This document shows positions 53,697 to 64,000 of a stretch of 64,000 nucleotides of DNA, in pieces. The position numbers and the translations under genes are program-made. The notes under the pieces are model-generated. The model was not told where the DNA came from. It worked only from the letters and a program-made list of their open reading frames with translations, and did not search any database. Every line of letters begins with the position of its first letter. Position 1 is the first letter of the stretch. This DNA comes from Rhizophagus irregularis (taxonomy: Eukaryota): contig NC_089435.1 of the NCBI RefSeq assembly GCF_026210795.1, positions 3,658,001 to 3,722,000 of the forward strand, read 5' to 3'.

Positions 53697-54869
53697 ATGG
53701 AATCAGGAAATAAATTGAGAGAATCCTCTCGTAAGAAAATTGAGGAATTGCTAATCGAAGGGAATCACAAGCGTAGTGATAGAAGCCGAAGCCGAAGCAG
53801 AAACAACAACAGTAAAACCAACATCAACACCAGCGAAACCATCAATGACGAAGTTAACGTTCTTCAGACTAAGAGATGGCTTCCTGTAAATTCAAAAATT
53901 GAAGGTATTCGCAAATATTTAAGAAATTAATAAAATTATCTTGTAATTAATATTTATTGTAATTATGGTAGATCGATTAACAAAGATTGAAAATAAAATC
54001 GATACTTTAAGTAAAGAAATACACGAGTTTAAATCCGAATTAAAAAATTTACTTTCTGATAAAATAAATTTGTCATCAAGCGTTAAAGAATCATTCATAG
54101 TGGTAGGAATATCTTTGAAATATTTAATTTTATTATTTATTTACGTTCTAATTATTTTGATTGAAGGATATTTAGTACTGAACCATGCGAGTTTTTTCTC
54201 TAATTTTACTGAAGACGATTGGATCACGTATTACAACGAGAATATACATAAACAAGTAAGTCCTTATTCGATAACAAAATGTTTAATAAAATAAAATAAA
54301 ATATTAAGTATTAACTTTCTTTGTAAAGTTAACAAAACAAGTACGGTCCGTAAGAGGAACATTGTCCTCGAAATCAAGGAAGGCTATTTTTTCTATATTC
54401 GGATCCCGTTTACCACCTATAAACACAAATGCCGGGCCGTCTGAAGTAGTAAAGTGGGAGAGAAAACCCGAAGTTAAAGATTGTTTTGAAGGCCTGTTCA
54501 AAAAAATGAATCCCAAGGACAAAAATTCTTCGATTGTTTTAATGAGCGTTATTGACAGAGTCCTCCAAAATGACCATTCTAATGCAGAACTTGCATATGT
54601 TCTTGCGATCTGCTCAACAATTTTAAACCCAAATCATGACGAAATAAGGTGTAAAAAGAATATCATGAAACAAAAAGTTAAAAAATTTTTAGTAAGTTTG
54701 TAATTTTGTAGTAGCATTTAATAAAATATCATTTCATGGCTAATCATATTATTCTTTAAAGAAAAAAATCAACAGTCAAACGGGCATAAGATATTCCGAT
54801 TTTGAAGATAATAGCTATGAGGAAGAAGAAAGCGGAAATGAAACTGAAGATGAAGATGATGATGTATAA
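53697..54869 (+). pseudogene. accessory gene copy 4
   Basis: A ~100-bp deletion at ~54160 removes the intron-2 acceptor and the start of exon 3 (ATTATTTTGA joined to TTGAAGGATA). Confidence 0.7.
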
Positions 54870-55499
54870 TAAGGTGAATTTTATTGTATGCATAAGATAT
54901 TTTTTTTATTGGTGTGGCAGGACTGGTGAATTTTATGTTTTTGCGATTAATTTGTATATAAAATTTATTAATTTGAGTTTTTCTCATTTGGCTGATAACT
55001 GTTAAACAAATAAAAGAATTTTTATCCATGAAACACAAAATTATTTTGAATTTGATCGCACAAAATTTATCAATTTTGTTAAAATTCATTTTTTTGTTCC
55101 TCTTTCGCAATATTTGGAAAGTTAAATTTATTTCTATCAAGTCTGATGCCGAGTGCCGACCATAAGAAATTATAAATTTGTGAAAAGTGTTACAAATTAA
55201 CCTCTAGTTATTTGTTATATTATTTATATAGTATATATTATCAACACGTCATGCATATTTCTCTTAATTTTATATTTATCATGCAAGAATTTTTTTTTAA
55301 TAGTCGAGGTCAGAATTCTTTAGGACTCTACCAAAATCATATAATTTGACTCACAGATTACGAATTAATTTTATAAATCTAGTAAATTTGATAAATTAAC
55401 CTATTATGGCATATACATGTGTTCATATGATCATCTAAAAATAGCTAAACACGAATTAAATAAACAAACTTAATATTCTCTATACGCTCTATTTTGCAA

Positions 55500-57010
55500 G
55501 GATCGCTCATTGTACATTTGCGTAGCAGAAGACTAGCAGAAGTATCATGGAAAGTATTTATATATATTCATAGGCTTTATGAATATTTATAATATTAATA
55601 AATTATACATGAAAAAGCTTTGCAACAGCTGCTGGAAAAATGAACGCGTACTTTCAATATAGTAGAAGTATGGAAGTTATTTATATTTCATAATTTCATT
55701 AATATTCGTAGGTTTACGACTATTTCATAATATTAATAATTGTTCATGGAAAGTTTTGCGTACAATATAATTGTAAAGGTATGGAAAGTATTTATACTCC
55801 ATAATTTAACTATTTTATACAATATTAATAATTATAACTGTTGGTCTAACTTTTGAACTTATAAAGTAAAAATAAAATTAACGCGTGCTCTCAATGTAGT
55901 AGTGTAGAAGGAATAGAAGGTATTTGTACTTTGTAATTTCGTTAATGTGTTTACGTCTTTTTTATAAAAAATATTAATAATCACGCATAATGAACTGTTG
56001 GTTTAACTTTTTGAACTTGTAGAAATAAAGTTAACGCATGCTTTCAATGTAGTAGTGTAGAAGGAATGGAAGGTATTTGTACTTTATAATTTCGTTAATG
56101 TTCGTATATTTACGTCTTTTTTATAAAATATTAATAATCACATAAAATGACAACTGTTGGCCCAACTTATTGAACTTGAATATTCGTTGATGCAGAAATG
56201 AATTTAACGCTCTCAACGTAGTAGTGTAGAAGGAATGGAAGGTATGTACTTCACGATTTCGTTAATGTTCGTATGTTTACGTCTTTTTTTATAAAAAATA
56301 TTAATAATCACGCATATTGAAACTGTTGGTTTAACTTTTTGAACTTGTAGAAATAAAGTTAACGCGTGCTCTTAACGTAATAGTGTAGAAGAGATGGAAG
56401 GTATGATCACAACTGTTGGTCCAACTTTTTGAACTTGTAATTGTTTGTTTGACGTAGTAGTGTAGAAGGAATGGAAGGTATGTACTTCACGATTTCGTTA
56501 ATGTTCGTATGTTTACGTCTTTTTTATAAAAAATATTAATAATCACGCATATTGAAACTGTTAGTTTAACTTTTTGAACTTATAGAAATAAAGTTAACGC
56601 GTGCTCCCAACGTAATAGTGTAGAAGGGATGGAAGGTATGTATTCCTTAATTTCGTTAATGTTCGTATGTTTACGACTTTTTAATAATAATCACAACTGT
56701 TTGGTCCAACTTTTTGAACTTGTAATGTTTGTTTGATGTAGAGATGAATTTAACGCATGTTCTCAACGTAATAGTGTAGAAGGAGTGGAAGGTATGTACC
56801 TCACAATTTCGTTAATGTTCGTAAGTTTACTTTTTTTTTATAAAAAATATTAATAATCACGCATAATGATAACTGTTGGTCTAACTTTTGATCTTGTAAT
56901 ATTCGTTGATGCAGAAATGAATTTAACGCATGCTATCGAACGTAGCAGTGTAAAAGGACTGAAGGTATGTACTTCATAATTTCGTTAATGTTCGTACGAC
57001 TTTATTACAA
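55500..57010. repeat. ~155-170-bp tandem array (~8-10 copies)
   Basis: TAGTGTAGAAGG..GGAAGGTAT, ATTTCGTTAATGTTCGTA and AACTGTTGG..AACTTTT recur at ~55900, 56053, 56222, 56381, 56458, 56616, 56772 and 56946. Confidence 0.9.
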
Positions 57011-57394
57011 TTATGTTTATAGGTTAAGTTTTAATAACAATTTGTCTTTACAACACATCCTTTTGATATTAACAAATAATGTTATCCAAATGACTTTTAT
57101 TTTATAATATCAGATATAGCAAAATATTAATCGCAGATGAAATAGAAGTGAAGTTGAAAAATAAAAAGTCAAAGAACGAAAGTCAAATAAATGAAGATAA
57201 GCGACAAATAAGATTAAAAAAAATTCTATTGACGAGATTGAACGCAATATTATGATAGTTTTAAATACAAATTATTTATTGTAGCTATATTTCGAATAAA
57301 AATACAAAAATTACATAAATTTATAAAATATTACGTGTAAGTTACAGTGAAAAATGTTATTTTGTAATTACATATATTAATCACTTGAATTTGT

Positions 57395-57990
57395 GAAAAA
57401 AGTTCGCGAAATAATAATATTTTGGAAAAGTTTCGAAATATTGTACCGTAATCCTGCGAAATTCTGCGATGTAAAATTACGAAATGTTATACTTTCGGAA
57501 AAGTTTCGAAATATTATACCGTAAACCTACGAAATTCTGCGATGTAAAATTACGAAATATTACATTTTCGAAAAGTTTCGAAATATTGCACCCGTAAACC
57601 TACGAAAATCCTACGACGTAAAATTACGAAATATTACACTTTCAAAAAGTTTCGAAATATTGCACCCGTAAACCTACGAAAATCCCACGACGTAAAATTA
57701 CGAAATATTACACTTTCAAAAAGTTTCGAAATATTGCACCCGTAAACCTACGAAAATCCCACGACGTAAAATTACGAAATATTACACTTTCGAAAAGTTT
57801 TGAAATATTGCACCATAAATCTAAGAAATTCTACGATGTAAAATTTACATACATGGCAATATTACACTGTAATTCTACGAAATATTACGCGTAAACTTAC
57901 GAAATATTGCGTTGAAATTACGAAATATTACTGTTGCGTAATTTTTCGAAGGTCATGTAAATTTACGGAGTATTTCGCAGGCGTAAATTT
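57395..57990. repeat. right subterminal ~72-74-bp tandem array (~6 copies, then short motifs)
   Basis: AAAAGTTTCGAAATATTGCACCCGTAAACCTACGAAAATCC..ACGTAAAATTACGAAATATTACAC at 57571, 57645, 57719 and neighbouring positions. Confidence 0.92.
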
Positions 57991-58703
57991 TCGTAATATT
58001 ACGCCGTATTCAATTTGCAGATGTAGGTAAGCTATATATATTCTAATGAGTTTACTCTATTTATAATTCTGGATAATACTATTAAGAACATAGATATTAT
58101 ACTAATATAAAAACTATTCTATAAAATATATATGAAAAAATATTCAAAAACCTTTTAAATATTTTTGATGTAATCCTTTTTCAGTTTTTTTTTCAATATT
58201 ATTTACTAATTTCACTAGCATTTTTATTAATATACTGTATATATGTAATTGTATTTTAATTAAGCAACCTTCTAACCATTTTAGAAATTATCATATTCTA
58301 AATTAATATATTTTTAAATATTTTTTGCAAACTGCTGGTAATATTATAATTTACAATATATAATGGATTAGAAAAATGACTTTCTATTTAGATTAAACTC
58401 TAAAACAGATAATTAATTTTAAAAATTCAATATATTAATAATTCACTTAGCCATTTATTTATTTGAACTTGTGAATAAATCAATTTGGATTTATCTTTAA
58501 TTCATAATTTTTTTTATATATAGAGAAAAAAAAAACTGAAATAAAAACTGTTTGTTTTTTATGAAATAAAGTGATAGATTTCTTTTTGATAGATATTAAA
58601 GTTATATATGGATTTTATTTTTTTACTTTTTTATTAAATTTTACTTTTCTATTATTTATTTTTTATTTATCTTTACTTTTATATTTTACTTAATAGATCG
58701 AGT

Positions 58704-59244
58704 AGGACCCAGAAATATATATACAGGGGTAGGGTATACAGATGCGTCACCATCATAGTAAAATTAGAAAGAATAAAGTTTTGATTTGCGTACAATCTAA
58801 GAATTTTCCATCCATAGCTAGATCATCAAAATTGCGTATTTTTTATCAAAATTTTTATATGTAAAAAATTAGTTTGCGTATTTTTAGCCTAAATTTAGCT
58901 AATCTTATATATTTACTGTACATTAACCGCATTGTAATATTTAGTATTAATTGAAGAAATTCTAAGGGTTTAAAAAGTTAAATTTTAGAAAAATATTATT
59001 AAAAAAATGGTAAATTAGAATAAATTCTATTTTTTCACATTAGTATTTGGTTTTATAAATAATATAGAAGTCATGATAAAATAATTAATAACTTAATGTC
59101 TGAAATTTTATTTGCGTATTTTTTGCAGGATTTTCAATATCAGGTGTCAATTATGCGTACTACTCATATAAAAAGTCTCTGCATACAGCTCATAGTAAAA
59201 AAAAATTTTGCTACCTGACCCTTATATATATATTTCTGGATCCT
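58704..59244. mobile_element. 541-bp MITE (AGGACCC-ended family)
   Basis: AGGACCCAGAAATATATATA ... TATATATATTTCTGGATCCT; flanks GATCGAGT / GATCAAGT. Termini match those of 29651-29874. Confidence 0.8.
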
Positions 59245-59607
59245 GATCAAGTTTATGGCAGAATTATAGCATATAACTTTGTTAATAAAGTCTTTAATAA
59301 ATTTTTACAGAATTTTTTTGAATATTTTTATGAAATTCATATAATAATAAATACATTTAGCGAATTTTATATATTTATAATTCAATTATATATGGAACTA
59401 TTTATTCAATAATATACTTGTAAAATAAAAAAAGTAAATATAATTATTTGTACAGCTGGTCAATCTATATTATTTTTATATTATATATAAATTCTATAAT
59501 CTAGATAAAAATCTAATTTAATTAAAATATGCTAGTTTTAAGGTATAGAAGTTTTTGGAACTATTAAGATGCTTTATTTTAGAAAATTAAAAAAAAATTG
59601 TAGTATA

Positions 59608-59779
59608 CAGTCAACTCTTGTTATAACAAACCCTAAGTTCCAGACCTTAACTTTGCTATAGGGCTATAGTGAAGATTTTAAGAGATTTAATTGGTTAATT
59701 CGTTATAATAAGGAGAAATTTATTATAGTTGTCTAAAAAATTCACTATATCAAGGGTTCACTATATCAAGGTTTGACTG
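59608..59779. mobile_element. 172-bp Tc1/mariner (pogo/Tigger-like) MITE
   Basis: TA|CAGTCAACTCTTGTTATA ... TATATCAAGGTTTGACTG|TA. Confidence 0.75.
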
Positions 59780-61621
59780 TAAGCATATCTGTCAATTTGT
59801 GGAATTAGCCAAAATTAAGATTTTTATAAAGATTTGCATATTTTAACAAGAATTATATTTCACAAGCTTAAATTATATGTGTTACATAATCAGATGATCT
59901 AAATCTATTAAAAAATAAAAAAAAAATTTTTAACGTTTATTTAAAAATAACAATGGCAACTACTTTCTTTTTCAATCACTTTTCAATCACTTTTCAATCA
60001 GATTTTTGTTAGATGACTTAGAAAAGTTTATAGACATATATAGCAGGTTTTTTTTAATCAGTAAATAAGAAAACAAATATTAATAATTTATATTAATAAG
60101 AAAAATCTTTTTTCATTTATTTTTAACCTTAGTTCCTTTTTTTTTTTTAGTAAAAATATATACAAAATAAAAATGTGAGTTATAATTTAAAGTTTTTGAA
60201 ATGTTTTTTTTATTTTTACTATACTGTTTTAATTCTACTTGTTAATAATTACTTTTTAAAATTGATTTTATTAATTTATTCAATTTAAAACAGAAATAGC
60301 AAATAAAACCTTATTAGGTAAAGTAAAAAGAGCTCAATAATACCTGTAAAGATTATCTTTTAGTAAGAATTATAATTTTAAAAATTTTTGTGTCAGAGTT
60401 TTATTCAATTAACAAAATCGTTAATATGTACATGTATGCTAAATACATATATTTATATTCATATGAAAGCCTAGAACCTACTCTACCTGAACAAAAAAAG
60501 ATCATTCAAATTGAATTACTAGATGTGAAGATATTAATGATCAAAGTCAAAAGTTAAAAATAAATATATTGAACGTAATTATTCAGCAACTTGTGATTCA
60601 ATTCGTGCGATATTTGGTTTATGGATAGCTCTTGATTACCTCTTTCTAATGAATATAAATTCATTTGTCTAGCACACATACACGTTAAGTTATTCAATAT
60701 TTTGTCATGATAATTATATTTAAATTTTTTAATTTTAATGATATTATTAAAAAAAATCAAAAAATAATATAATTAAATCAATTTATTTATGTCAGCTGGT
60801 GTGAATCTATCATTTTCATGTAACTTGTATTTGCATTTGCTTAATAAAGTTAGTTTTTTGAATATAAAAACTTAATTTTATAAATCAGCTCATATAGATA
60901 ACCATTTCATATAAATCCTACTTTTTGATCAAAAATTTTCATCCAATAGTACATATATAAAATATTTTTTAACATGATAAGTAATTTGATAATTAATAAT
61001 ATTAGAATTATATTAGAATTATATATAATATTATTTTTACTTTCTGTAATTAGATTAGCATCTATTTTTTTTTCCAATAAATAAATTATCAATATGCTAT
61101 GTACAATTAATAAAATAAATCATCTGTAAAAAATAAATAATATGAAACTAAAAAATGCAATTTATTTATTACTTTACATAAAAAAATAAATAATATGTAC
61201 TATTTATAATCAATCAGATTATATTTAATACATTATGTAAAATTTAATTATATTACTTCAGATAAAATATATATTTATTTTAAAATATATAAAATTTTAA
61301 ATATTTTAAATTTATTATAAATTTTATAATAAAATGCTATGTAGGAATTATAAAAATATGTTATAAAAATATAGATACTTATCAATTTCTAAATAATATA
61401 ACTGTGATTTAATTTTTTATTTAAAAAGAAAATAGATTAATAGTTTAATTATTTAAATTTTATATATAATAATTGATTTAAATTGGATATTTAGATTTTT
61501 ATTTAATTTTTAAAGTAAAATTATTTTTTATTTAATTTCAAAAATTATATATTGCTACCTATTTTTTTTATACATTTGATATTAAGGAATTTTTTTTTAA
61601 AAGAAAAATATAAAAAATTCA

Positions 61622-61915
61622 CACTGGTCAAAAACCAATATATCGGGTAGCAGATATGTATCAGATATGTATCCGATATGTGTAGTATTAATGCAGAAAA
61701 TCGGGTACCCGATATGTGTAAGATATATGTAAATATATATATCATATACATATTGGGTACCGATATGTATATGATATGTAAATGATATGTAGATGATATA
61801 TATATTTACACATATCTTACACATATCGGGTACCCGATTTTCTGCATTAATACTACACATATCGGGGACATATCTGATACATATCTGCTACCCGATATAT
61901 TAGTTTTTGACTAGT
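61622..61915. mobile_element. ~294-bp palindromic MITE with CACT-type end
   Basis: CACTGGTCAAAAACCAATATATCGGGTAGCAGATATG... has ~120-bp arms mirrored by ...CATATCTGCTACCCGATATATTAGTTTTTGACTAGT. Confidence 0.85.
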
Positions 61916-62051
61916 AGTAGTAGTAACTCTCTCCTGAATTTTTCAAAAACGAAAATTTCCGACGAAAAATATTTTTTATTATTTTTAAAAATAATACAAG
62001 CTACTAATAAAATTTTATATTTTATATATTCCCAACTCAAAGCCCTCTACT

Positions 62052-64000
62052 ATGTCTGGTAACTATGCCAAGAGAGGCCGTGGAAGTCATAACCCTAACA
62101 GTAGGAAAGCTTCCCGTCAAGAACGAAAAAATAATAACAACTCCGATAATTCAAGCTCCGATGGTGAAAACACTATCCAGCAGAAACGTAATCGTACGAT
62201 TACCGAAAATTCTATGGAAGAAGACTACGTTGCCGATGACCAGACGGCTGACGTTGGATTAGATGGACCTTCCTCTTCTCCTCAACAAAATATCTCTGGC
62301 GAAAATACTTTGGCCTCCTCCCCGAAAAATCTGCTGCGCCAACTGCGCCCAGTCACGTCGCGTCTTCTGGAAATGTGGACGCGTCCATGCATGCACCTTC
62401 AAACAAAGACTTGCAACAACCCCCTAACGCGTCGCCCAATTTGGATACTAATGGTGCTCCTGATGGCGATCAAACCCCAGATCCAGTGGTGACCTTTGCC
62501 ATAACCAGAGATGATTTTCAGGCTGCGGCTGCGCCGAATGCTGCCCCTGAATCACTCAAGAAATTCCCTACCAATAAAGCCCTTATTGAGGCTGTGAATA
62601 ACCTTTTCTTAGAAACGTACGAGTCATTCACTGGAAAAGCTCGTATGACAGGTTCTGGTGAGGCTAAACGCCTCGTTATCCACTTCCATACCGCTGAAGC
62701 ACGCGATCTGTGCGTTAGTTCCTCTCATCCTGAGTTCCCTGACTTGATTTTTCATGCCCATGACCCTCGCCAACTCCGATCCAATGAAGATCTCCAGGCT
62801 ATCCAAGTTACCGATATCCCTTTCTTTATCAAAAAGGACAACCTCATGGCCTATTTCAAAAAATTTGGTAATATTACCTCTTGTCGCCTCTTCTCCAGGC
62901 CTAATGCTAAAGTCCAGCAAGCCCGTATTGTGTATGATCACGCCGATTCAATTGCTCGTTTTACCGACCAATGGGCTGTTTACTGTTTCTCCACCTGTCT
63001 CCGAATTACTCCATGTTTCTATACTGTGGATCAAAAGGCTGCGCGCCATCAATACGTTGCCACCCTCACTCAACTTCCTCCCAATGTTAAGGATATCAAC
63101 TTGGCTCCTCTTACACGCGATCTTGGTGCAAAAGCTGTCAATGTTCCTCTTTCTTTAAATTCCTACAAACCCAAAAGATGGGCCTATGTCACCTTCAACT
63201 CCCAAGAAACCATGGATGCCGCTATGGAACAGACTGTTAGCTTCCAAGGCAAAGTGCTTTTCTGGTCCTCCCCCGATAATACTAATAAACTTTGTCACAG
63301 ATGTGGCAAACTCGGTTGTGCTCCTAATTTTTGCCCACTCAAACAAACCAGAGGTAGAAGCCGCACTCGCGACCCTGTTGCAAAACTCAAAGAACGATTC
63401 AATGTTAATCAACCTCGCTCCAATTCTAATATTGCCAATGCACGTTCTCGCTCTCGATCTCGCTCCAAATCTAAAGATCGATCTGCTTCCAATTCTGGAC
63501 GAGCCAATAACGCTTCCCATGACCGCACTAATAATGATAATAGTAATCATAACAAACCCCCTCCCAATACTTCTCAACGTGCCCGCCATAATAGTAAAGA
63601 ACGATCTGTCTCCTTTTCTTCCTCCTCTCGTTTTACAGCACGTCCCTTACCCTGACAAACTCCTAACTCTGCATTATCTCCTGATGATGCTAACAACATT
63701 CTAAACCTTTTACGAGAATTACAATGTGAAGTTGCTAACTTTCACAAACGCATCTCCGCTCTTGAACTTGCTGACCAACGGATGACTCGTATTGAATCAC
63801 ACCTTGGCCTTGATCCACTCCCTATACCCAATGAACCTGAACCGGACCTCATGCAAGAAGATGCCCCTGTAACTCATGTTCCTTTTAATATTCTGTCTTC
63901 CGCTAAATCTTCGCTGCCTCCCAAAAGTATTTTAACGCGACCTTCGCCTACATTCACTATTGTTCCTGACACATCACCTCCTTCTTCTCACCTTTCTCCA
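62052..64000 (+). mobile_element. non-LTR retrotransposon ORF1 (RRM-like domains, Zn knuckle, RS-rich stretch, coiled coil), disrupted, runs off the window
   Basis: IQVTDIPF..YFKKFGNI (RRM-like); LTQLPPN..WAYVTFNSQE (RRM RNP1); CHRCGKLGCAPNFC; RSRSRSRS. Frameshift at ~62327. In-frame TGA at 63653-55, after which the frame stays open to the window end. Abrupt rise in GC/C content. Confidence 0.75.

Larger units (their letters stand above)
43503..55089 (+). repeat. four tandem ~2.5-3.07-kb units (repeat array + accessory gene)
   Basis: Units start GTTAC..TTGA..GTAAA.TTGTTC at 43503, 46505, 49501 and 52571. Each holds a ~130-bp array followed by the MESGNKLRESSRKK gene. Confidence 0.95.
34208..58023 (+). 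mobile_element. 23.8-kb Plavaka (CMC-like) DNA transposon with accessory genes and repeat arrays
   Basis: Left end CATCAGGAATTTAAACACGGCATAATGTTCCGTAAGTTTAC vs reverse complement of the right end CATCTGCAAATTGAATACGGCGTAATATTACGAAAATTTAC (31/41 identical). TA on both flanks, subterminal arrays at both ends, central transposase. Confidence 0.8.

Noticed and set aside
34320..57990. CRISPR-like interpretation of the arrays
   Set aside because: Units are tandem homologs along their whole length, with no unique spacers, no cas genes and a eukaryotic context.

Overview
Very AT-rich, intron-containing eukaryotic DNA. The gene families present point to an arbuscular mycorrhizal fungus (Glomeromycotina, Rhizophagus-like); this is inference. 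Bases 1-26 kb hold lineage-expanded host genes: a 7-exon gene made of six kinase N-lobe-like modules with no catalytic lobe, two paralogous F-box/LRR genes, an AIG1 GTPase, a maltose/galactoside O-acetyltransferase, and a DUF3990-like ADP-ribosyltransferase-fold gene broken by a MITE. Crinkler and Sel1/kinase relics lie among them. 29.1-33.2 kb is a dead hAT transposon with three nested MITEs. The main structure is a 23.8-kb TIR-bounded element (34208-58023, TA duplication). It contains a Plavaka (CMC-like) transposase, five homologous copies of an uncharacterised accessory gene (one divergent copy on -, four tandem 2.5-3-kb units on +), and six distinct tandem-repeat arrays. The window ends in ORF1 of a non-LTR retrotransposon. 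All family calls come from motifs recognised by eye; no database search was run.
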